A DNA stretch of 64,000 nucleotides, from contig JAUWYY010000005.1 in NCBI GenBank assembly GCA_030615605.1, positions 119,067 to 183,066 on the forward strand, written 5' to 3'. The translations under genes and the position numbers were made by a program. Positions 1 to 9,221 of the stretch are shown in pieces; the stretch's first letter is position 1; every line of letters starts with the position of its first letter. The notes beneath the pieces were generated by a model. That model ran no database searches. It was given only the letters and a program-made list of their open reading frames with translations, and was not told the DNA's origin. This DNA comes from a bacterium (lineage in GTDB: Bacteria > Armatimonadota > Zipacnadia > Zipacnadales > Zipacnadaceae).

Positions 1-1344
1 GTCAGGAACTATCCGGCTAAGGGTAGGGAGTCTAACTGGCTGAGCTCGACGCTGCGAGCGGTGGCGACGCTGTGCTTCGGTGAAATGGGCCGGCTGGTCA
101 ACGCCGGACAGAACGTAGGATTGGAAGAGCTGCTGAGCAAGAAGGTAGTCTTTGAGCTGGATGCGCTCACCCAGTCCGACAAGATATTCTTCATCGAGAC
201 GTTAGTGCTGTGGATCCACCACTACCGCCTGGCCCAGGGAGGAAGGGAGCAATTCAAGCACGCGATCATTATTGAAGAGGCTCATCACATTCTGAACCGC
301 GAGAAGCGATCGCTGACCGGCGGCGAGACAGTTATGGAGATCACCTTCCGAGAGATCAGGGAGTTGGGCGAGAGCATGGTGGTGCTCGACCAGCATCCCT
401 GCCAGATATCGCTGCCCGCACTGGGCAATACCTACTGCACTATCTGCATGAACCTAAAGCACAGAAAGGACACTAATGTCATGGCTAACTGCATGCTGCT
501 GGAAGACGAACAGAAGAGCTGTTTCGGCCAGCTGCAGTTGGGGGAGGCGGTAGTCCGACTGCAGGACCGGATCCGCAGCCCGTTTGTAATCAGGATGCCG
601 GAGTTTGAGGTGGAAAAAGGGGCCATCAGCGACGAAGCGATAAGCCACAGGATGGCGAGGTATTTCAAGCGATTTCAGTCAGCGCAAGACGCCCTACGAC
701 AGGTCTCCCCGATTTCACTGGCAGACGAACATATAGAGGGCAAACCGAATATATCCTATGAAGAATCACAACTGCTGATTGATATAGTGCGATATTCTTC
801 AAGCACAGTGGTAGCTAGATACTCAAGACTCAAGATGAATCGGCGCCGGGGCAATATCGTGCAAAAAGCTCTTATCGAAGCCGGACTAATCCGACCGCAA
901 GATGTCATCACGGGACAGGGCAGGATTGTGCTATTTGAGGTCACAAAAGCCGGCAGGCAAGTTCTGCAGGATTTGGGCCATCAGATACCAGACCACCGGA
1001 ACGGCATTGTGCACCGGTACTGGAAGAAGCGGATTGCCCGGCAGTATAGAAAGCAGGGGTATGAGGTAGAGATTGAAAAACCAATTGACGGCAGGCCGGA
1101 CATTACAGCAGTCAAAGGCCAACGGCGAATAGCAATTGAGATCGAGACCGGCAAGTCTGATGTTTTGGGCAATATTGAAGCTGATCTGGGCGCCGGCTTT
1201 GAGGTGGTCGTCTGCGTCGCCACCGACCGCCGCGCCCTGGACTACATCAGAAGCAAGATCGAGCAAAGCAACATCGACCGCGACAGGGTCGTGGTAGTAG
1301 CAGCCCAACGGCTTGAGCAGGACTCGCCGAAGGCCGGCCAGTAG
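1..1344 (+). CDS. HerA/VirB4-like P-loop ATPase (C-terminal part; 5'-partial) with C-terminal wHTH and PD-(D/E)XK-like domain
   Basis: Frame is open from base 1. Walker B IIIEEAH, 'LDQHP' motif, wHTH (YSRLKMNRRRG..LFEVTKAG), nuclease-like 'PDI...IAIEIETG'. Same architecture as 16908..19091. Confidence 0.8.
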   Translation, partial: VRNYPAKGRESNWLSSTLRAVATLCFGEMGRLVNAGQNVGLEELLSKKVVFELDALTQSDKIFFIETLVLWIHHYRLAQGGREQFKHAIIIEEAHHILNREKRSLTGGETVMEITFREIRELGESMVVLDQHPCQISLPALGNTYCTICMNLKHRKDTNVMANCMLLEDEQKSCFGQLQLGEAVVRLQDRIRSPFVIRMPEFEVEKGAISDEAISHRMARYFKRFQSAQDALRQVSPISLADEHIEGKPNISYEESQLLIDIVRYSSSTVVARYSRLKMNRRRGNIVQKALIEAGLIRPQDVITGQGRIVLFEVTKAGRQVLQDLGHQIPDHRNGIVHRYWKKRIARQYRKQGYEVEIEKPIDGRPDITAVKGQRRIAIEIETGKSDVLGNIEADLGAGFEVVVCVATDRRALDYIRSKIEQSNIDRDRVVVVAAQRLEQDSPKAGQ

Positions 1345-1354
1345 CCCGCCCTCC

Positions 1355-1374
1355 TTCAGTACAGACTATTTAAG
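1355..1374 (+). repeat. Copy 1 of TTCAGTACA-N7-TAAR motif
   Basis: TTCAGTACAGACTATTTAAG, just after the ATPase stop. Confidence 0.7.
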
Positions 1375-1801
1375 CACTGAAAGCCTCTTCTCCAGCAACC
1401 ATATATTGATTTGATTTCAGATAATTCGATGGGCACAGCCCATTAGCTTGTTGGCGCACCAGTTTGCGCTATACAGATGCAAAACAAAAGAGGCATACCA
1501 AGAAAGTGAAAAAGTGAAGAGCTAGCTGTTGCTGTGTGAAACTGCTGTTTCTGGAAGGGGTTATTTCGGCTGTTTCGGCCAGGGAGAAGACTCTCCGTGG
1601 TCTTTTTGTATGTTTAGTTCATAGAAACTCTAAGAAAGGAGTGATGCATATATCGAACGTGCCCCTGGGTGCACGAGATCCGGCAACCGCCGGACAACGA
1701 TACCATGACCATGCCGTACCCCAGTCCGACGAAGGCCTGTAGCTAGTCTGCTGCCACCAGCCAGCGCAGGCTTTCCGCATTTCACGAAAGGAGCAAGCAC
1801 C

Positions 1802-2890
1802 ATGATAGTACGAGACGTCAAGGCGTTAGCCCAAGTCAGCGAGCATATGTACGAACTGAGAGAGCAGATCACCGCCCGCGACCTGCTGCAGGTAGTCCGC
1901 TTCCTATCCAGCATCGGTAAGCGCACCTACAGCGGTTACTGGCGAGGCCAGGGCCGATTGCTGTATAGCTCAGCAGAGGAGCTAACCGAAGCTGAGTTCG
2001 GTCGACTGCTGTCCCAGATGGGACCTGGATATTCGAGTATCGATTACATCCTGAACAGTCGCTACCGGCGCGAAGAGCTGCTGACCAAGATAGCTTCGGC
2101 AACCAAGGTCAAGCGCACAGCAACCAAGCACGAGCTGCTGAGCCTGGCCGCCGCCGACCCGGATCTGTTGTTTGTCGTCTTCAAGCAGGACATCGTAGAG
2201 GCAGCTGCCGGGCAGCTGGCCGAATACCTGAAGAGCAGGGAGCAGCTAGCTTCGGACTGTGGCGAGTACCACCTCACTTTCGCCACCACGCAGCTCTACC
2301 ACCAGCCGCTTTCGGGCGGCGGGCAGTACCACTTCTGGGTCCTGGGCAAGGACAGAACGGTTGAGCCGGCAGACTACACCACCACAGGATATGGCTCGAA
2401 CCTCTTCCTCAACCTGGCGGACAGTGATCAGGAGCTGAGCCAGGCTATGGAAGAGCTGAGCGCGCACGACCCGGGTCCCTTTGAGTTGAATCCGTACTCC
2501 GAGTCGCTGCGTGTAGCAGAGCTTGTGCCGGACCGCCAGCCCATCCGCTACCAGAACGACATTGAGTGGCTGAGTGCCTACTTCGGTAGACGCCGCGCCA
2601 GCAAGTTCGAAACGTTTGCCTCCGGATTAGCCGAGCGAAGTGACCCACAGCTGGTGAATGAGTTAGGGGGCAGCAAATTCGTGGTGTGGTTTGGCAATCA
2701 GCCCGTCTACATGGGTCGGGCCTGCGACCAGGAGCTGTTCGAGAAGATAGCCGCGCACCTTAAGATTGAGTACCTGGGTAACTGCCTCATCTGCACTGTC
2801 ACCGAGAGCCAGACGACTGACGCGCTGTTGGCAATCTGGCAGCAGATAAGCTCAGGGCCCAGAGCTTTTGACCTGGTAAGACTACAGTGA
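1802..2890 (+). CDS. Hypothetical protein, first gene of the MoxR-VWA operon
   Basis: 362 aa ORF with SD AAGGAG; 13-bp gap to the MoxR gene. Confidence 0.75.
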   Translation: MIVRDVKALAQVSEHMYELREQITARDLLQVVRFLSSIGKRTYSGYWRGQGRLLYSSAEELTEAEFGRLLSQMGPGYSSIDYILNSRYRREELLTKIASATKVKRTATKHELLSLAAADPDLLFVVFKQDIVEAAAGQLAEYLKSREQLASDCGEYHLTFATTQLYHQPLSGGGQYHFWVLGKDRTVEPADYTTTGYGSNLFLNLADSDQELSQAMEELSAHDPGPFELNPYSESLRVAELVPDRQPIRYQNDIEWLSAYFGRRRASKFETFASGLAERSDPQLVNELGGSKFVVWFGNQPVYMGRACDQELFEKIAAHLKIEYLGNCLICTVTESQTTDALLAIWQQISSGPRAFDLVRLQ

Positions 2891-2903
2891 AAGGAGACCT
2901 AAA

Positions 2904-4247
2904 ATGTTAGAAGAGATTGTAGCTGGTTGGGATAGTATCGAGCCGGTATTCTTGGCTAACGTGGCACTGCGCAAGCCGTTTATGCTGCTGGGCCGGCACG
3001 GCGTGTGCAAGACTACCGTAGCCAAGCAGCTCAGTCGCATCTACGGCAGCGACGGCTTCCGGTTCTACGACTGCACCAAGGATGACCTGATCTCCATTGC
3101 CGGGATTCCTATCCCCGAGCAGCTGGCCCAGGGCAAGCTGGAGTTCTCTCGGCACGACCGCACCATCTGGGAAGCCCGAGTCATCGTGGTAGACGAGCTG
3201 ACCCGCGCCAACAAAGAGAACCAAAACCTATGGCTGGAGATTCTGGAAGAAAAAACCTGCTTCGGCAAGGAGCTGCACTACGAATGCTTGATCGCCACCA
3301 TGAACCCGGAGAGCTACGCCTCCACCTTCAAGTTGGACCAGGCGCTGCTGGACCGGTTCTATGCGGTGGTGCCCGTCCCCGAACTGCAGCAGGGCACGCC
3401 GGCGCAGGTCTACGAGCGCATAATCAGGATGAACCTGTCCGCCGCTCAATCAGAGCCGGACATCGAGGCCATCCGCCAGAGGCTGGCCGAGATCAGAAGC
3501 AACTACAAGAAGCTCACTACCAGCGAGGTAGTCGAGACAGTAGCTGAATACGTGGGCAACTTCATGGAGATCCTGCTCTCGCAGACCGACTGCTATGTCT
3601 CGCCGCGTAAGGCGGTGCAGTTGTCTGAAGAGATTCTCGCCCTGGGGGCCGGCTGCGGCAGTGACCTGGACAAGGCTGCCCAGCTCGCCCTGACTTATAC
3701 CCTCAGTGTCCCGCTGCAGATCGAGCCCGGATTGCTGCTACAGATCCACGAGAACATCAAGCCACTGCTGCTGGGGGCGCTGTTGCCGGAGGACAAGCTA
3801 AGATTGGAGCTGGGCAAGCTGTGCGAGTCCGACGAACTGCTCTGCTATCTGGAGCAGAAGGCCGCGGAAATTGCCGAACTGCTGCCCTACGACGAAGTAG
3901 AGACGCTCCTGGCTAAGCTCCAGAGTCAGCTGTCGGAGCATAGTCCCGCCGTATGGCGGCTGCAGCAAGTGCTGGCGGCGATGGAGGGCCACGAAGAGCA
4001 GCAGCGCCAGGCCGAGGGTAAGGCCGTACTCTACCTGATTGCCCGGCTGGAAGCCATCGTGGCGACGATCGCCGACCGCTGCATATACAGCCGCAGAGAC
4101 GTGGAGATGAAGGATAAGGTCAAAGCCTTCCTGGCTTTGCTAGAAAGCCTCCCCCTGCCGCAAGAGACGCTGGCCTTCCTGTTCAGCGAGGCGGCGGAGG
4201 ATCACAGTCGTGTCATCAGCTTCATTGAGAAAGGAGAGTTCCAATGA
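2904..4247 (+). CDS. MoxR-family AAA+ ATPase
   Basis: Walker A variant GRHGVCKT, Walker B VVDELTRA, ATMNP, LDQALLDRF, VSPR. Confidence 0.9.
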   Translation: MLEEIVAGWDSIEPVFLANVALRKPFMLLGRHGVCKTTVAKQLSRIYGSDGFRFYDCTKDDLISIAGIPIPEQLAQGKLEFSRHDRTIWEARVIVVDELTRANKENQNLWLEILEEKTCFGKELHYECLIATMNPESYASTFKLDQALLDRFYAVVPVPELQQGTPAQVYERIIRMNLSAAQSEPDIEAIRQRLAEIRSNYKKLTTSEVVETVAEYVGNFMEILLSQTDCYVSPRKAVQLSEEILALGAGCGSDLDKAAQLALTYTLSVPLQIEPGLLLQIHENIKPLLLGALLPEDKLRLELGKLCESDELLCYLEQKAAEIAELLPYDEVETLLAKLQSQLSEHSPAVWRLQQVLAAMEGHEEQQRQAEGKAVLYLIARLEAIVATIADRCIYSRRDVEMKDKVKAFLALLESLPLPQETLAFLFSEAAEDHSRVISFIEKGEFQ

Positions 4248-5575
4248 CAAGCCTCAACCACAAACTAACCCAGGCCTGCGCCGGGTTGGGAATCAGCCTG
4301 CTGGAGGTTTCCCGCCTCGTGCAGGTAAGTGACCTGCCCAATGTTGCCTGCTGGGGGTACGATACGCGGACCAAGCAGGACTACATTTTCGTCAACCCGC
4401 GGGTACTCCGGTTCAAAGTAGAGCAGATCCGGCTGATCTTGACCCACGAGATGCTCCACTATGCCGGCTACCAGCAGATTTCCGGTGCCAAAGACCAGGA
4501 TCTGGCCAATATCGCGCTGGATATCGCCGTCAACAAGGTACTGGCACTTGCCCACGAACCGGAGATGAAATCGCTGTGCCGCAGGATCTATCCGCAGGAA
4601 ACCACAGACGGGATCGTAGCGCTGGCCCGGCCTGACCTCACTCCCAGCCAAATAGACGACCCTGACATCAGAACCCTCTGGCAGCAGATATGGGAAGAAG
4701 ACGAGATTCCTTCGCCTGCTTCCCTCTACTACAAGCTGCAGTTCAGCGCCGAGCCGGTGGATCTCATCGTTTGGCCGTTCTGGGGAACCGGCGACGGTGA
4801 CATAGTACTGCGAGCAGGCGCTGGCAACGGTGAAGGAGACCAGCTCGCAGCAGCAGCCAAGGGCACCATCGAAAAGTTGATTGCCGAGGCACCATTCGGC
4901 GGCGGCTTCAGCCAGCAAGTCTCGGAGTTGTTCTCCCCGATCCTGGTGGGAAAACAGGTATGCGACACCGCCCAGGTAACTGACTTGCTGCGCCGGATCA
5001 GTGTCCGGCAGCAGGTCGAGCAAGGCGCCGCGAGGATCATCCGTGCCCTCGACGGCAGCTCCGGCCCGCAGCTCTACCCCTACAACCTGAGCCGGTTGGG
5101 GCTTATCTACATGGCCTGCGGCGTAAGCGGGACAGTCCCGCTGTACTGGAACAAGCAGCCTGTTCAGAGCAAGCCGCGGCTGGCCATCTACCTGGATACT
5201 TCGCCCAGTATGGAGCCGTTTCAGGAGATGGAAGTGTTCCTGGTCGATGAGCTCAGGGACCATTTCCCGGCCCAGGCCTTCGCCTTTGCCGGCAGCGTAA
5301 AGGAGATATCGCTCCAGCAGTTCGCTGACGGCAACTACGAGGCCGGCCACTCCACCAGCTTCGACGCGGTCATTGAACATCTGCTCGGTTCCGACTACGA
5401 AGCCGGCGTCGTCTTCACCGACGGCTACTCCAGCGTGAGCTCGTGCAATCAGCAGCACATCCGCCAAAACGGCAAGCGGCTCTTCGTCGTCTATTTCACC
5501 TCCCATCACAGCCAGCCGACCTCCGACCTCGACCAGGTCGCCGAGGCAACCGCGGTTATCAGGCAGTCACGCTAA
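4244..5575 (+). CDS. HExxH metallopeptidase-like + VWA domain protein (DUF2201-like)
   Basis: HEMLH, 'NIALDIAVN', MIDAS DTSPSM and VFTDGY; ATGA overlap with MoxR. Confidence 0.85.
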   Translation: MTSLNHKLTQACAGLGISLLEVSRLVQVSDLPNVACWGYDTRTKQDYIFVNPRVLRFKVEQIRLILTHEMLHYAGYQQISGAKDQDLANIALDIAVNKVLALAHEPEMKSLCRRIYPQETTDGIVALARPDLTPSQIDDPDIRTLWQQIWEEDEIPSPASLYYKLQFSAEPVDLIVWPFWGTGDGDIVLRAGAGNGEGDQLAAAAKGTIEKLIAEAPFGGGFSQQVSELFSPILVGKQVCDTAQVTDLLRRISVRQQVEQGAARIIRALDGSSGPQLYPYNLSRLGLIYMACGVSGTVPLYWNKQPVQSKPRLAIYLDTSPSMEPFQEMEVFLVDELRDHFPAQAFAFAGSVKEISLQQFADGNYEAGHSTSFDAVIEHLLGSDYEAGVVFTDGYSSVSSCNQQHIRQNGKRLFVVYFTSHHSQPTSDLDQVAEATAVIRQSR

Positions 5576-5647
5576 CCGCTCACTCAACCACATCCTCAGT
5601 AACTCCCCCCGGTGGTATGCTCTACCGCTCCAGTCCCGAGACTACGT

Positions 5648-5667
5648 TTCAGTACACACTATATAAG
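5648..5667 (+). repeat. Copy 2 of TTCAGTACA-N7-TAAR motif
   Basis: TTCAGTACACACTATATAAG. Confidence 0.7.
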
Positions 5668-5698
5668 TGTCGGCACTCTGCAATAGGGATACGCTCAA

Positions 5699-5893
5699 AT
5701 GACACCAGCAGATCTCGAAACAAAATGCAAGCAGGCGATTCTGCGAATCGTCGATATTATCAAAGACATCGATATGAAGCTGGCCCATATTATCGAGTAT
5801 GGCATACCTGCTCGTGTGAATAGGTACCACGGCAGATACGGTGGTGACAGATCCAACAACGACGCTGGCGAGGGCTATCGCAGCGACAAATGA
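5699..5893 (+). CDS. Small hypothetical protein
   Basis: 64 aa ORF; ATGA overlap with the next ORF. Confidence 0.45.
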   Translation: MTPADLETKCKQAILRIVDIIKDIDMKLAHIIEYGIPARVNRYHGRYGGDRSNNDAGEGYRSDK

Positions 5894-6144
5894 ACCACGA
5901 AGAATCATACAAGTACCAGGATAGGCATTCGCAGTCAACCTACTCGCATAGCGGAGCTGATGAGCCTGAGTCAACATCTCGGCAACCACGCGATCGTGCC
6001 TCCGACATGTCCAACCTCGCAGACCACCTCGAATGGAAGCCGCCGCTGTGGCTCACGATCCTGGAATCGTATCTCACTGCGGCCAAGATCAAAGATCAGG
6101 GCAGCAAGTACTACGAATCCCACAGCGTAACCGGCGATGCCTAA
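5890..6144 (+). CDS. Small hypothetical protein
   Basis: 84 aa ORF, translationally coupled to the previous ORF. Confidence 0.45.
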   Translation: MNHEESYKYQDRHSQSTYSHSGADEPESTSRQPRDRASDMSNLADHLEWKPPLWLTILESYLTAAKIKDQGSKYYESHSVTGDA

Positions 6145-6262
6145 CCTTCTTCTCCTGCTACTAGTACGACTTGTTCTGTTGTCTCCATGGGCAGTGAGGC
6201 CGTCGCCCGCTGGGCACGACCCTGGCCGCAAGTCTTATATAGTCGTGCTTATTTCCATACTT

Positions 6263-6535
6263 ATGAAATACAAGATCATTGGACGGATTGCGCTTGATCG
6301 GAAGGTGATGCGTTTTGACGGTGCCGTGTTCGCCGATCATGATGAAGAAGCCGTGGAGCATGCTTCTCTGGCGGTGAATAAGTTCGTGAAAACCTTGCGC
6401 GCCGATGACTATAGCCCAGGCCGCTTGCCTCCTGCTTCTGCCACCACCACAACCTACCACCTCTTTGCTCGCGATGGTCGCTTTGTGATGACGTGCTGGC
6501 TCAGTGGTGGATTGATCACCCACCAATGGAAATGA
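6263..6535 (+). CDS. Small hypothetical protein
   Basis: MKYKIIGRIALD..., globular-looking 90 aa; TTATATA box about 22 nt upstream. Confidence 0.5.
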   Translation: MKYKIIGRIALDRKVMRFDGAVFADHDEEAVEHASLAVNKFVKTLRADDYSPGRLPPASATTTTYHLFARDGRFVMTCWLSGGLITHQWK

Positions 6536-6604
6536 TACCGCTTATCAGCGATGAAGCGACGCCAGCGCCCGAATGCCCCCGAAACCGAACAATAACTATG
6601 TCTT

Positions 6605-6618
6605 CTCGCTGGGGGCAT
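6605..6618 (+). repeat. 14-bp direct repeat CTCGCTGGGGGCAT (second copy 7267..7280)
   Basis: Identical 14-mers bracket an AT-rich segment. Confidence 0.75.
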
Positions 6619-6621
6619 CCT

Positions 6622-6641
6622 TTCAGTACAAGATTTATAAA
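6622..6641 (+). repeat. Copy 3 of TTCAGTACA-N7-TAAR motif
   Basis: TTCAGTACAAGATTTATAAA. Confidence 0.7.
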
Positions 6642-6664
6642 TGTAAGAAGGATTTGATTTCTGA

Positions 6665-7003
6665 TTATTCTCCTCTGAAGATGTTTTCGATATCTTCTAT
6701 CATATCTCTTATTCTAGTATTTAATAGTTCCAGGACTTTCACTATTCTGTCTATCATATTTTCTAAAAGCAAGAGAATGGTTGCTATGATGTTCGCAACC
6801 GCAAACACTAAAGAAGTAACAACTAATAGTGTCAAAGCAATTGGAACGTGCAGGGCGAGAATTACCATAAACTGAAATATAAACAAGAACAGTTTAGTTG
6901 TTGCTATTGCTAATGATTTAAAACTATAAACAAGAGTTTCCCATATTTCTCTGGCGTAACCAATCAAATTCCTGGTAACCCCATCCAGAAACCAAGACTC
7001 CAT
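6665..7003 (-). CDS. Small membrane protein (AT-rich)
   Basis: 112 aa, long hydrophobic stretch then a helical tail; TAATG overlap with the upstream ORF. Confidence 0.55.
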   Translation of the reverse strand: MESWFLDGVTRNLIGYAREIWETLVYSFKSLAIATTKLFLFIFQFMVILALHVPIALTLLVVTSLVFAVANIIATILLLLENMIDRIVKVLELLNTRIRDMIEDIENIFRGE

Positions 7004-7254
7004 TACCTTCTCATCCTTTCATTACTTGCCAACCCCTCTAACCTTTGATCAATTCTTTCAGCTGTTCTGTTAGCTTCATCCAGCCTTTCTCGGGCTTTCT
7101 GTAGAAGAGTATTTGACGAAGCATACAAGCCCTCAACTGCATTGTACAGCCTTCCCAAGGCCTGGTCAAGATATTCTAACATTGTAGTAGAACCAGAGAG
7201 AAAAGAACTTATAAAACTTCCTACTTCTTTGTCAGACTCTCTATAAGCGCACAA
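7003..7254 (-). CDS. Small coiled-coil hypothetical protein (AT-rich)
   Basis: 83 aa with heptad-like LQKARERLDEANRTAERIDQRLEGL; start uncertain. Confidence 0.5.
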   Translation of the reverse strand: MCAYRESDKEVGSFISSFLSGSTTMLEYLDQALGRLYNAVEGLYASSNTLLQKARERLDEANRTAERIDQRLEGLASNERMRR

Positions 7255-7302
7255 GAACCATGCCTGCTCGCTGGGGGCATTACCACTTCTTGTGCTAAAG
7301 AA

Positions 7303-7318
7303 GGGAAAAGTTTATATA
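7303..7318 (+). promoter_or_regulatory. Archaeal-style BRE/TATA-like element upstream of integrase
   Basis: GGGAAAAG-TTTATATA ending 22 nt before ATG 7340; no SD. Confidence 0.45.
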
Positions 7319-7339
7319 GTAGTGGTGTCTGCCTTTTCC

Positions 7340-8545
7340 ATGGCAATCGACATCCATCGGTTGGGGGAAGCTTACGAGAGGCGACTCAAGTCTCTCAAAG
7401 CCGACCGCACCCTCCTGACCCGGAACAAGCAGCTCATTCTCAAGTTTTTGGCAGATTGCGAACTCGGCAAAACCATCAAAGGCCGGGCTAAAAAGAAGAT
7501 TGGGCCCAGCCGATTACTCAAGTATAGCTCCGTGCTCAAGACGCTGTCCGGGTGGCTGGGCAGGCCCTTCGACCAGGTAACTCAAGCAGATATGGAGAGG
7601 CTGGTCGGGAATCTGGAAAAGGATGTCTACCAAACGAAAAGAGGTCGACCCTTCGCGGCCGAGACCAAGGTGGACTTCAAAAAGGCCCTTAAGAAATTCT
7701 ATAAGTGGCTGCTCGGTGATAACCGCAGGTATCCGGAAATGGTAGAGTGGATAGACACCTACAGCGAGATGAAAGAGATACCGGCTCTGACCAGAGAAGA
7801 GGTTAAGCGCCTGGCCAATCATTGCCGAGTGAGAGATAAGACCCTGGTTATGGTACTGTTCGACAGCGGAGCCCGAGCTTCCGAACTGCTCAGCATCAAG
7901 ATAGGCGACCTGACCAGAAAAGACGAATACTACATGATGCGGATCCGCCAGGAATATTCCAAGACCAAAGGCCGGACTATTAGTCTAGCGATGTGCACCG
8001 AACCCCTGGATGCCTGGCTGCAAGCCCATCCCGAGGGCAACAATCCGGAGGCCAGGCTGTTTCCTCTGAGTTACAATGCCTTGCGCATGCTGCTTAGCAG
8101 GCTGGGTAGAGAAGTACTGAACAAGAAAGTGACGCCTCATATTCTGCGCCACAGCTCGGCCACCTACTACTGCCACAAGCTGAATCAATACCAGCTTTGC
8201 TACCGGTACGGCTGGAGCATGGCCAGCAATCAGCCGCAGCGCTATATCGACAGAGAAGGTATAAGCGAAGAAGGCACGGCCGAGTTGGTCAAGGGCGACG
8301 AGATGGGTACGCTGAAGAAAGCCAACCAGCAATTGCAGGAGTCGCTTTCGTTGCTCAAGGAACAGCAGGACAAGGTAATGGCTACTCTCAGAAAGCGGGA
8401 AGCAGTTGACCCCATCTTGGATCGGGTATTCAGCAACAAGCGTATTGCTAGGATGATAAGATCCCAGTTGGCACAGGAGGAGATCGTTCAGCCGAGACCA
8501 CCAAAAGCAGCAACAGTCAGGAAACGTCGGTCAACAGCTGCTTGA
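7340..8545 (+). CDS. Tyrosine recombinase/integrase, archaeal (SNJ2-like) type
   Basis: SGARASE, K(T)K, HILRHSSATYY, QLCYRYGW..PQRY; N-terminal MAIDIH..RLLKY; C-terminal coiled coil. Confidence 0.9.
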   Translation: MAIDIHRLGEAYERRLKSLKADRTLLTRNKQLILKFLADCELGKTIKGRAKKKIGPSRLLKYSSVLKTLSGWLGRPFDQVTQADMERLVGNLEKDVYQTKRGRPFAAETKVDFKKALKKFYKWLLGDNRRYPEMVEWIDTYSEMKEIPALTREEVKRLANHCRVRDKTLVMVLFDSGARASELLSIKIGDLTRKDEYYMMRIRQEYSKTKGRTISLAMCTEPLDAWLQAHPEGNNPEARLFPLSYNALRMLLSRLGREVLNKKVTPHILRHSSATYYCHKLNQYQLCYRYGWSMASNQPQRYIDREGISEEGTAELVKGDEMGTLKKANQQLQESLSLLKEQQDKVMATLRKREAVDPILDRVFSNKRIARMIRSQLAQEEIVQPRPPKAATVRKRRSTAA

Positions 8546-9170
8546 TTTTCAGTCCAGTCTTGCTCAGTCTGTATCTCGCCAGTGGCTTGCGCTTCCCTCT
8601 TTTTCTGTGTTCCTCTTCTCTTATCACTATTTCTCCCTGTATCGCTTTCTGCAGTATATCATTCAGATTTTGCCTACTTATCCCCATCGGCTCAGCGCCA
8701 GCTCTCTGCGTCCTGGGCCGATAGCGCTTCTTGATCTCCTGCAAGATCTCTTTGGGCCTCATCGCCTCGTCACTCATCGCGCAAACGATGGCTTTCTTCT
8801 GACGCCCACACGCCACCCAGCCGTAGCTGCGCCAGTTGATTCTAGGTTGCTGGTAGACACTAGCTAGCCCACGTTCTTCGCACAGATGTGCACGCAACGC
8901 ACGTCCCTTGGCGGTCAGGCCGTAGACTGTGCCCGGGCGACCCCGTGGGAGGGAGGGTGTCAGGCACTTGATGATGTGCTGCCCTTGAAGCTCGCGAAGA
9001 ATAGGCGTCGGCTTGGGGTGTTGGATGAGGTTCAATTTGCCAGTGATGCAGCGTACCAGTTCGCCGGCCAGCTTGGGCTTGTCCAATGTCAGAATCGCAG
9101 GTGTCGCCCTATCCTTTGTAAGACCAGTACGGATACTTCTCGCGCTGATGCGTCGTCTTGTTGCTCCCAT
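8517..9170 (-). CDS. Tandem winged-helix DNA-binding protein
   Basis: Two wHTH-like units ending VYGLTAKG and YRLSKTG; convergent with and overlapping the integrase end. Confidence 0.7.
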   Translation of the reverse strand: MGATRRRISARSIRTGLTKDRATPAILTLDKPKLAGELVRCITGKLNLIQHPKPTPILRELQGQHIIKCLTPSLPRGRPGTVYGLTAKGRALRAHLCEERGLASVYQQPRINWRSYGWVACGRQKKAIVCAMSDEAMRPKEILQEIKKRYRPRTQRAGAEPMGISRQNLNDILQKAIQGEIVIREEEHRKRGKRKPLARYRLSKTGLKIKQLLTDVS

Positions 9171-9193
9171 ATGGGGCTAACACTTACCATCCG

Positions 9194-9213
9194 TTTAAGA
9201 TTGTTGTACTGAA
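9194..9213 (-). repeat. Copy 4 (inverted) of TTCAGTACA-N7-TAAR motif
   Basis: Minus strand TTCAGTACAACAATCTTAAA, about 23 nt upstream of the wHTH start. Confidence 0.65.
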
Positions 9214-9221
9214 AGTGTTCC

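Noticed and set aside
4265..5509. 414-aa minus-strand ORF
   Set aside because: Antisense shadow of the VWA gene in GC-rich DNA; no motifs
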